64,000 nucleotides of DNA, taken from a virus. Under the pieces are notes generated by a model. It was not told the DNA's origin and searched no databases. It saw nothing but the letters and a program-made list of their open reading frames with translations. Position numbers and translations under genes: made by a program. Of the stretch, positions 23,875-32,602 are shown in pieces. The stretch's first letter is position 1; every line of letters starts with the position of its first letter. The stretch covers positions 1-64,000 of the IMG/VR virus record IMGVR_UViG_3300027635_000001, one strand, 5' to 3'.

Positions 23875-25168
23875 GGCTGAGCGCCAGCGCGGCACAGAGG
23901 AGTGGCTCTGGTCATGGCGGCGCATCGGCCGGCCAGAGCAGCAGCCGCCGCCGGGCGATTGGCTCGTATGGCTGATCCTCGCCGGCCGTGGCTGGGGCAA
24001 GACTCGGACTGGCGTCGAGCATATCCGCGCCGAGGTCGAAGCCGGGCGCGCAAGCCGCATCGCCATCGTCGCCGAGACGGCGGCCGACGCGCGCGATGTC
24101 ATCGCCGAAGGTCCGTCCGGGTTTCTGTCAGTCGGGCCGCCGGAAAAACGGCCGCTCTACGAAAGTTCGAAACGCCGGCTGACTTGGCCGAACGGGGCAA
24201 CTGCGACGCTCTACAACGCGACCGAGCCGGACCAGCTTCGTGGACCTCAGTTCGATGCGGCCTGGTGTGACGAATTGGCGAAGTGGGGCTATTCCAAGCC
24301 CGGCAGTTCAGCCCGCTCGCTAGGCCAAGAGACATGGGACATGCTGCAGTTCGGCTTGCGGACCGGCTCGGCTCGATGCGTGGTGACGACGACGCCGCGG
24401 CCCGTGCCGCTGGTCAAGGCTCTGCTGGCGGCGCCGCGCACGCATGTCACGCGCGGTACGACGATGGACAACGCGGCGAATCTCTCGCCGGAGTTCATCA
24501 AGAAAATCCGCGATCGTTACGCGGGCACGCGGCTCGGCCGGCAGGAACTGAACGCCGAGGTTCTCGACGACGTTCCCGGCGCGCTGTGGACCGGCGCGAT
24601 GTTCGACGAGCGCGGCTTTCGCGTCGGCCCGGCTCCGGATATGGCGCGCGTCGTGGTCGCGATCGACCCGAGCGGCGCGCGCGGCGCGGATGACGATGGC
24701 GCGGACAGCATCGGGATTGTCGTGGCCGGCCGCGGCGTCGACGGCCGCGGCTACGTGCTCTCGGACCTGACTTGCCGCTTGTCGCCGATGGGATGGGGGC
24801 GGGTCGCGGTGCAAGCCTATCGCGACTTCGGGGCAGACCGGATCATCGCGGAGCGCAACTTCGGCGGCGCGATGGTCGAGCATGTCATCCGCTCGATCGA
24901 CAAGAACGTCAGCTATTCCGAGGTCACGGCCTCGCGCGGCAAGATCGTCCGCGCCGAACCGATCGCGGCGCTCTACGAGCAGAAGCGCGTTTCACATGTC
25001 GGCCCGTTCGATGGCTTTGAACTCCTCGAGGCGCAAATGTGCGCGATGACCTCGAACGGCTACATCGGCGAGGGCTCGCCGGACCGGGTTGACGCGCTGG
25101 TGTGGTGCCTGACTGAGTTGCTATCGACGGGATCGACGTATGACCACAGCCTCAGCTGGGTTGAATGA
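23789..25168 (+). CDS. terL: terminase large subunit
   Basis: Walker A LILAGRGWGKTRTG, ...RIAIVAETAADARDV..., PQFDAAWCDELAKW, and a C-terminal nuclease region VVAIDPSG...GIVVAG. The true start may lie downstream of 23789, which overlaps TerS by 86 nt. Confidence 0.9.
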   Translation: MTNSSVHTRFSAAPPPPLSDFLAEIARRKAERQRGTEEWLWSWRRIGRPEQQPPPGDWLVWLILAGRGWGKTRTGVEHIRAEVEAGRASRIAIVAETAADARDVIAEGPSGFLSVGPPEKRPLYESSKRRLTWPNGATATLYNATEPDQLRGPQFDAAWCDELAKWGYSKPGSSARSLGQETWDMLQFGLRTGSARCVVTTTPRPVPLVKALLAAPRTHVTRGTTMDNAANLSPEFIKKIRDRYAGTRLGRQELNAEVLDDVPGALWTGAMFDERGFRVGPAPDMARVVVAIDPSGARGADDDGADSIGIVVAGRGVDGRGYVLSDLTCRLSPMGWGRVAVQAYRDFGADRIIAERNFGGAMVEHVIRSIDKNVSYSEVTASRGKIVRAEPIAALYEQKRVSHVGPFDGFELLEAQMCAMTSNGYIGEGSPDRVDALVWCLTELLSTGSTYDHSLSWVE

Positions 25169-25305
25169 GCGACTACTGGCGTTTCGTAGCGTGGTTAGCC
25201 ATCGGTTGCCTTGCTGTCGGATTCGTTTCCGGATTGCTGGGATTTGGCCCCCAGGCTGTCCTATGGCTGCCAGCATGGCAGATACGGTTTGGGGCTACTG
25301 AATGA
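25165..25305 (+). CDS. 46-aa hydrophobic peptide (below ORF-track cutoff)
   Basis: My own translation is MSDYWRFVAWLAIGCLAVGFVSGLLGFGPQAVLWLPAWQIRFGATE. ATGA overlaps with the TerL stop and the next start. Confidence 0.4.
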   Translation: MSDYWRFVAWLAIGCLAVGFVSGLLGFGPQAVLWLPAWQIRFGATE

Positions 25306-25535
25306 ACATCACAATCATTCCAGGCGAGGCCGAAGAGTACGCGCCCGCCAAGGACATCCGCACCGAGGCCGAAAGCGATGCTGATTATCGTAGGCGGCTG
25401 CTGCTCGATCCGGATGTTTTGCGGCACGACACGGACCAGGAAGCCTCCCTCAAGGCCATGCAGGGAGAGGTGCTGGACGCCCTCGGCGCGAGGCATCATC
25501 TGATCCGCATCCACACGTATATCTCGCCGCGATGA
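25302..25535 (+). CDS. hypothetical protein (77 aa)
   Basis: ORF coupled (ATGA) to both the upstream peptide and the portal. Confidence 0.45.
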   Translation: MNITIIPGEAEEYAPAKDIRTEAESDADYRRRLLLDPDVLRHDTDQEASLKAMQGEVLDALGARHHLIRIHTYISPR

Positions 25536-27085
25536 GCCTCGTCACCGGCGTAACCGACGCCTATCACCGCATCGGCGACACCCTCATCAATCTGATCACC
25601 GGGCTCGGGACGGCGAAGGACCCGCGCACGTCCTCGCATTTCGTATTCCGCGAGCTCGACCGCCATATCCTGGAGAAGATGTATCGCTCCGACTGGCTCG
25701 CGCGGCGCATCGTCGATCTTCCCGCACAGGACGCGACCCGCGAATGGCGGCAGTGGTCGGCGTCTCGCCCACAGCTGGAAAAGATCGACCTGCTCGAAAA
25801 GCACCTGCAGGTGCAGAACAAGATGCGGATGGGTCTGATCCGCGCGCGGCTCTACGGCGGCGGCGCGCTGGTGCTCGGCGTGGACCAGGGCCAGCCGGAA
25901 GAGGAACTCGACCTCGATGGCGTCGGGCTGAATGATTTGAAATTCGTGGTGGTGGTCAACAGGTACGAGCTCGCCGCCGGCCCGCGCATCTATAACGTCG
26001 ACTCGCCCTATTACACCCGGCCGGAATACTATACCGTCGCCACCCCCATGTTCGGTTTCTTCGGTGAAGGCGGGGGCGCCTTCCCTGCCACGCCCAGCCA
26101 GGGCGGCGCGCCCCCGATCCTCAGCGACCCCGGCAGGCAGGTGCAGCCTGGCTACGGCATGGTGCGCGTGCACCCGTCTCGGGTGATCGAGTTCAGCGGC
26201 AACGAGCTTCCCGACTGGCGTCTGGCCCCGCTCGGCGGCGGCTGGGGCGATAGCGTGCTGCAGACGGTCGACGACGCGCTGCGCGATTTCTCGATGATCA
26301 CGGCGGGCTTGGCCAGCATGGTCAACGACATGAAAATGGATGTCGTCAAAATCCCGGAATTGACGAGCAAGCTGTCGACCGCCGATCGCACCCAATTGCT
26401 GCTGAAGCGGTTCACTGCCGCGAACATGGCCAAGTCCTCGATCAACACCCTCCTGCTCGACACGGAAGAGGAGTGGAACCGCATAACGACCAGCTTTGGG
26501 AGCACTCCCGAGTTGATCAAGGTCGCGATGACTGTGGCCTGCGGCGCCGGCGGAATACCCGAATCCCGCGTCATGGGCTCCTCGCCGGGCAAGGGGCTAG
26601 CGGGAGCCGGCGGCAGCGGCGGCGAGGTCGATATTCTCAACTACAACAACGACATCGCCTCGAAGCAGAAGACCGAATACAAGCCTATCATGTACGCGCT
26701 GGATCGCTGCATCACGCAATCGGCGATCGGACGCTACGACCCGCACATCGATTACGAGTGGAACCCGCTTTCCCGGCCAACCGCGGCGGAATTGGCGGAT
26801 GTCGCGCTCAAGAAGGCGCAGGCGACACAGATTTACGTCGCCAGCGGGCTCTTCAATGAGGACATGCTGCGCGACTCCATCATATCGCAGCTGACCGAGG
26901 ACAACGTGTATCCCGGCATGGAGAACGCGCTTGACGAACATGGCGCTGAGCCCGAGGAGCCAGACGTGCCGCCGCAGGGGACTATGCCGCAGGGGCAACT
27001 CGGCTCCAACCCGTTCGAGGCGCTAAAGGGGCAGGCTGCGGCCAAGGCTGGCTTGCCCCCGCCGGGGGGCAAGCAGACGCCATGA
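25532..27085 (+). CDS. portal protein (DUF1073-type)
   Basis: 517 aa, directly after TerL. ...NLITGLGTAKDPRTS..., WLARRIVDLPAQDATREW, ...SINTLLLDTEEEW... resemble the DUF1073 portal family as I recall it. Confidence 0.8.
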   Translation: MSLVTGVTDAYHRIGDTLINLITGLGTAKDPRTSSHFVFRELDRHILEKMYRSDWLARRIVDLPAQDATREWRQWSASRPQLEKIDLLEKHLQVQNKMRMGLIRARLYGGGALVLGVDQGQPEEELDLDGVGLNDLKFVVVVNRYELAAGPRIYNVDSPYYTRPEYYTVATPMFGFFGEGGGAFPATPSQGGAPPILSDPGRQVQPGYGMVRVHPSRVIEFSGNELPDWRLAPLGGGWGDSVLQTVDDALRDFSMITAGLASMVNDMKMDVVKIPELTSKLSTADRTQLLLKRFTAANMAKSSINTLLLDTEEEWNRITTSFGSTPELIKVAMTVACGAGGIPESRVMGSSPGKGLAGAGGSGGEVDILNYNNDIASKQKTEYKPIMYALDRCITQSAIGRYDPHIDYEWNPLSRPTAAELADVALKKAQATQIYVASGLFNEDMLRDSIISQLTEDNVYPGMENALDEHGAEPEEPDVPPQGTMPQGQLGSNPFEALKGQAAAKAGLPPPGGKQTP

Positions 27086-27423
27086 GCGATTTTACGATCG
27101 GCCACGGAACCCCGGTGCAAAATCGGATTCCGCAGACGTTTATTCAGCAAGCTCACGAAGTCGCCAAGCGGGGACTCGCGATATCGTCGATGAATGGCTG
27201 GCGCTCTATTGAAACGGCACCGAAGGACGGAACGCGCATCCTCGGGTTTGGGCTATGGGCCGGGGAAATCAACGGCATCGAAACGGTCCCCGAGATGCTC
27301 GCCATCGAGTACGGCGCGGGCGGGGATTATCCGGGATTTGACTGGATCGTCTGCGGAACCGATGCGTATGCCGCATGGATGAAGCCGACGCTCTGGCATC
27401 CGTTGCCGAATCGCCCGGACTGA
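27082..27423 (+). CDS. DUF551-like protein
   Basis: NGWRSIETAPKDGTRILGFG... and the C-terminal KPTLWHPLPNRP match the DUF551 pattern (W.sIe.aPkDG..vL ... THWmPLP). Confidence 0.55.
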   Translation: MSDFTIGHGTPVQNRIPQTFIQQAHEVAKRGLAISSMNGWRSIETAPKDGTRILGFGLWAGEINGIETVPEMLAIEYGAGGDYPGFDWIVCGTDAYAAWMKPTLWHPLPNRPD

Positions 27424-28577
27424 TGGACACGTTCGACCCCGCCGGCCTCGGCGACATCCGCGCCCGCTTCGATCGCGAGACGACACGCCGCTGGACAAAG
27501 ACCGCGCGCGCCGTCAAGCGCGCCATCGTCGCGGACGACGCGCTCGGCATTGGCCCGAAGGCGCCGCGGATGGCGCAACCGGTCGCCGACAAGGCGTCGA
27601 TGTTCAAGCGCTGGCTCGACGAGCAGCTGATGATCGGCGTCGTCGGCCATGACGCCGGGTGGCTCGGGCCGCATGTGCAGGCGGCGGCGGCGCGGGCGTT
27701 GGCTCTGGCGATCAAGGATTACGACCCGGACGAGCCGCGCGACGAAAGCGGCAAGTGGAGCAGTGGTTCCGGAGGCCTGGTTTCTGGCGTCGAGCGCGCG
27801 GCCTTTCCGCCGCATATCCAAGCGCTGAAACTGCCGCCGGCCTGGACTGATGTCCGGATCAATCCGAACCCCGACGCCGATCTGCTGGCGATTGGCAAAG
27901 ACAAAAAGGGTCGCTCGCAATACGTATATTCGGCAAAGTTCCAAGGCGACCAGTCCGCGCAGAAGTTCAACCGGATCGCCGAACTCGAAAGCAGCGCGCC
28001 GGGGATCGCCGCCAAGAACGATGCTAACCGGGCATCGTCGGACCCAACTCTGGCCGAACATGCCGACGCGCTGCATCTCATCATGCAGACGGGCGTGCGA
28101 CCTGGCAGCGAGGACGACACTGGCGCCGACAAGAAAGCCTACGGCGCCACGACGTTGGAGGGTCGCCACGTAACCGGCTCTGGCGCTGATACGGCGCTGC
28201 AATTCGTCGGCAAGAAGGGCGTCTCGCTAAATCTGCCAATCACCAACGAGAGCGTGGCTTCGATGCTGGCATCCCGCGCCGCGAACGCAGGGCCGAACGG
28301 GCAACTGTTCCCGAACGTCAGCGACGCCAGCCTCCGCGATTATGTTCACGGCGTCGCCGGCGCTGGGGTCAAGGTCAAGGACTTCCGCACCCTGGTCGGC
28401 ACATCGACCGCTCGCGCGGAAGTCGCCAAGATAGCCGCGCCAAAAACGGCGGCGGATCGCAAAAAGGCTATAATGTCCGTCGCAAAAGTGGTATCCTCCA
28501 AGCTCGGCAACACGCCGACGATCGCATTGCAGAGCTACATTCATCCGAACGTGTTCGGAGGTTGGGGAAATGGCTGA
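27423..28577 (+). CDS. type IB DNA topoisomerase domain fused to a ~125-aa N-terminal domain of unknown function
   Basis: LPPAWTDVRINPNPDADLLAIGKDKKGRSQYVYS, TGVRPGSE, YGATTLEGRHV, LQFVGKKGVSLNLPI, KVKDFRTLVGTSTA, LGNTPTIALQSYIHPNVF. These supply the Arg/Lys/Arg/Asn/Tyr catalytic set of bacterial/poxvirus-type TopIB. Confidence 0.8.
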   Translation: MDTFDPAGLGDIRARFDRETTRRWTKTARAVKRAIVADDALGIGPKAPRMAQPVADKASMFKRWLDEQLMIGVVGHDAGWLGPHVQAAAARALALAIKDYDPDEPRDESGKWSSGSGGLVSGVERAAFPPHIQALKLPPAWTDVRINPNPDADLLAIGKDKKGRSQYVYSAKFQGDQSAQKFNRIAELESSAPGIAAKNDANRASSDPTLAEHADALHLIMQTGVRPGSEDDTGADKKAYGATTLEGRHVTGSGADTALQFVGKKGVSLNLPITNESVASMLASRAANAGPNGQLFPNVSDASLRDYVHGVAGAGVKVKDFRTLVGTSTARAEVAKIAAPKTAADRKKAIMSVAKVVSSKLGNTPTIALQSYIHPNVFGGWGNG

Positions 28578-28746
28578 CGAGTTGCCGAAAATCCACATCG
28601 GGAGTGTCGACGAGAAGTCGGTCGACTTGGACGATCCTGCGACGGCGAGGGATGGCGAGCCGGACAACGACGCGCAGGATGACGACAAGCAAACGCCGCC
28701 TTGGGTGAAGGCGGCGCTGGGGTTTGATCCGGCAGACGCGGCTTAG
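28570..28746 (+). CDS. 58-aa acidic protein (below ORF-track cutoff)
   Basis: My own translation is MADELPKIHIGSVDEKSVDLDDPATARDGEPDNDAQDDDKQTPPWVKAALGFDPADAA. It overlaps the TopIB 3' end by 8 nt. Confidence 0.35.
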   Translation: MADELPKIHIGSVDEKSVDLDDPATARDGEPDNDAQDDDKQTPPWVKAALGFDPADAA

Positions 28747-28749
28747 TCG

Positions 28750-29058
28750 TCACTCCGTAAGTCGTATAATTCGGCAGCCTGAACTGCAGGCTGCGCGCAC
28801 CGCGTCCGGAGTATTGCCCCAAGCCTCTATGCCGTCTCCCGGCATATAACGCGGCCCTATCGCGATAAAGCACAGGTGGGAGTCGAACGGCCCCATGCGA
28901 GAGATCGGCAGGGCAGCGCGCCTGGTGATCACGGGTTGAGGCACGGTCATCAATGGCGCATCGAGCCAGTCTAGGCGCTTTACCGGCTCGTCCCATTCAG
29001 AGACAATCCGCATGAGCGCTTCTGTCTGAATTGAAGGAGCGTGAAAAATATCGGTCAT
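28750..29058 (-). CDS. hypothetical protein (102 aa), antisense insert in head module
   Basis: Internal start MTDIFHAPSIQTEALMRIVSEWDEPVKRLDW... It is the only minus-strand gene between the portal and the MuF-like gene. Confidence 0.5.
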   Translation of the reverse strand: MTDIFHAPSIQTEALMRIVSEWDEPVKRLDWLDAPLMTVPQPVITRRAALPISRMGPFDSHLCFIAIGPRYMPGDGIEAWGNTPDAVRAACSSGCRIIRLTE

Positions 29059-29194
29059 AGTCAGGCGTCCTCTATCTCGTCTATCGGAACCAGCGGCCAC
29101 TGCCACTGGCCTACGTTGATCCATTCGTCGGCTGAGCGCCATCCGGCAAGCCAAGCTCGTGCCTCGGAAGTGGGGTGCATAAGTCAAGAACTAA

Positions 29195-29911
29195 ATGCAC
29201 TCGCGGGGTGCTTTTGAGATGTCCTCCAGCCAAGCCAATCCATCGGCTGCGGCATGTCACGCGGCGTCGGTTTCTCACCTCGCTGACATCTGCGATTACG
29301 TGAGCCAGCGCGCGCACGAGATTGTGTCTGCGGCCCTCCTTTCGCGGCAGCGTCCGGCACAGATCGGCCGCCTCCTCGACCGCGCCTTCGGGGAAGGGCT
29401 GCGGCGGTCGCGGATGCTCGCCGAGCACGCGGTCACCCAGGCTTACAGCCAAGCGGCGCTGGACGCGCTCGAAGCGCGCGGCGTGACCCATGTCGGGACG
29501 GTGAGCGAGCGCGCGGCGCGGAAAGCGACAACGATCGCCGATCTCGCCGACGAAATGCGCTTCACCCCGCAACCGCAGCATCCGCGCACCGGCCGCTTCG
29601 CCGAGGAGCACGTCGTTGCACGTGAAACGCGCCGCAGTCCGCGCACCGGCCGGTTCCGCCCGCAGGGCATCTCGCTGGCGCAGCGGCGCAAAGAGGAGCG
29701 GGCCGAAGCGGCGTTCGCGAAGGTCAAGGGGAAAGTGGATATTCTCACTGCGGAAGACGATAAGGTCTGCGCGCGTTGTGAAGAAGTGTCGGAAAACGGG
29801 CCGTATACGATAAATAAAGCTAGATCGCTGATTCCGTTGCATTTTCACTGCCGATGTCAATTTGTCGCTGCTGGGTCTATGGCGATGGATACTGTGGCCA
29901 CGGCAGGATGA
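29195..29911 (+). CDS. head morphogenesis protein (SPP1 gp7 / Mu F-like)
   Basis: The C-terminal DDKVCARCEEVSENGPYTINKARSLIPLHFHCRCQFV is the MuF signature. Two PRTGRF motifs are present. Alternative start at 29219. Confidence 0.7.
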   Translation: MHSRGAFEMSSSQANPSAAACHAASVSHLADICDYVSQRAHEIVSAALLSRQRPAQIGRLLDRAFGEGLRRSRMLAEHAVTQAYSQAALDALEARGVTHVGTVSERAARKATTIADLADEMRFTPQPQHPRTGRFAEEHVVARETRRSPRTGRFRPQGISLAQRRKEERAEAAFAKVKGKVDILTAEDDKVCARCEEVSENGPYTINKARSLIPLHFHCRCQFVAAGSMAMDTVATAG

Positions 29912-29946
29912 CCGACGCCCCCGACCTCCGCACCTGGGATGCCTGA

Positions 29947-30789
29947 ATGCCCACCCTCGAGATCACCACCAACATCGGCTGTCCGCTGATGTGCGCATAC
30001 TGCCCGCAAGCCAAGCTGAAGACCTCTTACGGCAAGAACATGAAGTGGTTGTCCTTCACGGACTTCGTGGCTATTCTGGCGAAGGTTCCGCGATACGTGC
30101 GCATCGACTTTTCCGGTATGTCGGAGCCTTGGATCAACAGCGAGTGCACGGCGATGCTGCGCCATGCGCTGCGCCGCGGATACAACGTCGCGCTTTACAC
30201 GACGCTGGTCGGATTGACCGACCCCGACGACGTGATCGGATTGCTGAGGGGGCACCGCGAGCAAGTCGAATGCGTCGTAATCCACTTGCCGGACGATCAA
30301 GGCAATATGCTCGGCTTCATCCCCACCGGGCAATATGACAGGGCTCTAAAGGCATTCATAGCCTTCGATGCAGAAGGCGGGACGAAGTGGTTCCGGTGGA
30401 TGGCGATGGGCGCCGCTGTTTCTCGCAATGATGTCGCTACCACCATGGAATGGATCGCCAACGATCGCGCTGGCTCGCTATCAGGCGAGCGCGTCGAGCC
30501 GGTGCAGCATGAGACGCCGGTGAGCTGTTCGTTCACGCCGTTCTACGATCAGAATGTGCTGCTGCCGAATGGCGATGTGGTGCTGTGCTGCATGGACTAT
30601 GAACTGAAGCACAAGATCGGGAACTTGCTGACGGACGACTATTTCGCGCTGTTCGCATCGCCCGAGATGGGACGGCTCCGCGCCGAGAACACCAAGTGCG
30701 GCGGCGACGGCTCGATCTGCAAGCGCTGCGTGCGGGCGACGCGGTACGAGGTTTCGCCCGGGTTCAAGCAGTTTTGGGCAGCGGCATAG
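29947..30789 (+). CDS. radical SAM enzyme with C-terminal SPASM/twitch-like Cys cluster
   Basis: CPLMCAYC (CxxxCxxC) at aa 12-19. C-terminal ...LPNGDVVLCCMDYELKHKIGNLL...NTKCGGDGSICKRCVRAT. Confidence 0.82.
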   Translation: MPTLEITTNIGCPLMCAYCPQAKLKTSYGKNMKWLSFTDFVAILAKVPRYVRIDFSGMSEPWINSECTAMLRHALRRGYNVALYTTLVGLTDPDDVIGLLRGHREQVECVVIHLPDDQGNMLGFIPTGQYDRALKAFIAFDAEGGTKWFRWMAMGAAVSRNDVATTMEWIANDRAGSLSGERVEPVQHETPVSCSFTPFYDQNVLLPNGDVVLCCMDYELKHKIGNLLTDDYFALFASPEMGRLRAENTKCGGDGSICKRCVRATRYEVSPGFKQFWAAA

Positions 30790-31018
30790 CCGCATCCTGC
30801 CAATCAGCAAGACGTTTGCCGACCCATTGGCTCGCCAACTGTTTGAACATTCGCTCAGCGTGTTCGCGCGACCCTTGGATGTCGACGACGGTAAGCAAGT
30901 CTATCAGACTGTCGGGCGTCGCACGCTCGAAAGGGTTCGGACCCGTGTAGACATGAGCCAGAACCTTGATCCTTGTGCCTGCGTCTTCGAATGAGTGGTC
31001 CGGTCCCCATTGTGACAT
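30764..31018 (-). CDS. hypothetical protein (84 aa)
   Basis: ORF downstream of the ParB-like gene on the minus strand. It converges on the radical SAM 3' end and overlaps it by 26 nt. Confidence 0.5.
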   Translation of the reverse strand: MSQWGPDHSFEDAGTRIKVLAHVYTGPNPFERATPDSLIDLLTVVDIQGSREHAERMFKQLASQWVGKRLADWQDAAMPLPKTA

Positions 31019-31073
31019 TTGCGCGTCCTTTCATCGTTTTGGTCGCCGGGTTCAAGCAGTTCTGGCAGGCGGC

Positions 31074-31955
31074 TTAGAATGTCAAATCTATGGGAAGCTT
31101 GTTCCCCTCTCGCAGGCCCTTGTTGATCGCATTCACGAACCCGCTAGCATACACCTTTGCGCCTCCCCTTGCGAACACGGCGGCTACTTTGCTTGCTTCG
31201 CGCAAAAGCATATCCACCCCCACGGCAAAAATCCTGGCTGCCCATCGCTGATCTGACAGCGACGAGCCTTCCGGCATTTTCGATTCAAGATAAAGAAGAC
31301 CGTGGATGATCCGCTCATGCATAGGCTCGCCATCACATAGTTTTACGATGACCGGCCATATGCGAACTAGATCGGCCCTTCGCTCGGTCGCCGCAGCCAT
31401 TAAACTGCCCACACACGCGACGGTTGTCGAAGATTGTTGTTTCTTAGGTTCCCGACCAGCTTGAGCTATAAGACTATTTACGAACATCGCCGTTTCGTCA
31501 TGTGAGCACAACAAAGCGCGAAATGACTGAACCGAAGTAAGAGGCTTTCGGTTTGCGTTGACCCGATAGAAACCACGAGCTTCAGCTTCCTGGTCTTTAA
31601 CTTTAAAAACCATTGATGGAATCGTGACAATATCGGGGCGTATCTTAGCCGCCTCGACTCGATGCATACCGTCGACTACGTAGTAATCACCGTTACGGTC
31701 GGCAACGACTATGCTACCGCATGCTACCCAAGACCAAGTCTTCGCCATGAGAATGATCTTGCGCTTGCTATCCTGGTCTCGCTGATAGGCCGGATCGCCA
31801 CGCAATTCGAACTTGTCGATTTCCTCGAACACACCCCGTTGATCGGGCGTGATGTCCAGTACGAGTTGCCCCACACGTAGTTGTTTCTCGCTACCGTTGT
31901 TTCGAGAGTCAACGGACGTCAAGATGTTGTGTTCAAGAGAGAGTGAAGCGGCCAT
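31074..31955 (-). CDS. ParB/Srx-fold N-terminal domain protein (ParB-like nuclease/NTPase domain)
   Basis: ...IVVADRNGDYYVVDGMHRVEAAKIRPD... is the DGxHR ParB-N motif. GGAGGAG lies 9 nt upstream of ATG 31955. Visibly lower GC than its flanks. Confidence 0.62.
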   Translation of the reverse strand: MAASLSLEHNILTSVDSRNNGSEKQLRVGQLVLDITPDQRGVFEEIDKFELRGDPAYQRDQDSKRKIILMAKTWSWVACGSIVVADRNGDYYVVDGMHRVEAAKIRPDIVTIPSMVFKVKDQEAEARGFYRVNANRKPLTSVQSFRALLCSHDETAMFVNSLIAQAGREPKKQQSSTTVACVGSLMAAATERRADLVRIWPVIVKLCDGEPMHERIIHGLLYLESKMPEGSSLSDQRWAARIFAVGVDMLLREASKVAAVFARGGAKVYASGFVNAINKGLREGNKLPIDLTF

Positions 31956-32128
31956 TTGTAAGTCTCCTCCGCGGTCCGGCCCGATCAAGCCTGGAGCGCG
32001 AGCACAAGGGTCACATAAAAGCGACGACCGGCCGCAGAGAAGTTCGGAAATGGCGCCGCACTGCAAATCGCGTTGATCGCCGCGAAGCCCGAATGTGAAC
32101 ACGTCAATCAATAGGATGTCAACCACAA

Positions 32129-32371
32129 ATGTTCGCTTATGAAGAGCCAAGCGCCTCCCCTCCTTCCGACATGCTCGCCGCACTGCAGAAGGGCGTGAGG
32201 CAACCGGCAGACATGACGGCGATTGACAATTCCGGGTTCACCTTCCTGTGCCGAGTGCTCTGGTTCATCGACTTAAGCCTTTATCCCCAAGAGGCCGAAC
32301 GAATCGCCACGCGCTGCAAAACCGACGCTCGCTTACGCGCCGTCATAGACGCCCATAGACGACGGGGCTAA
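32129..32371 (+). CDS. hypothetical protein (80 aa)
   Basis: ORF divergent from the ParB-like gene. Confidence 0.4.
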   Translation: MFAYEEPSASPPSDMLAALQKGVRQPADMTAIDNSGFTFLCRVLWFIDLSLYPQEAERIATRCKTDARLRAVIDAHRRRG

Positions 32372-32374
32372 CCC

Positions 32375-32602
32375 ATGCGCAAACCGCTCGCCGTGACCGA
32401 CGCCGACGCGATTGAGGTTAGCGAATTCAGCCCAGAATCCGCTGGATGGATTCGCGTCCCTGGAAGGCCTCGTACATGGGAGAAGCCAGACGGCACTCTG
32501 TATGAATTTTCCCCTCGAGCACGCGAAGTCCTCGTGGCCCCAAAAGAAAACCTGCCCGCGATGACGCGCAGGATCGCCAAAGAGAGGGGGCTGAGCGAAT
32601 GA
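32375..32602 (+). CDS. hypothetical protein (75 aa)
   Basis: ORF whose stop overlaps the next start. Confidence 0.45.
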   Translation: MRKPLAVTDADAIEVSEFSPESAGWIRVPGRPRTWEKPDGTLYEFSPRAREVLVAPKENLPAMTRRIAKERGLSE

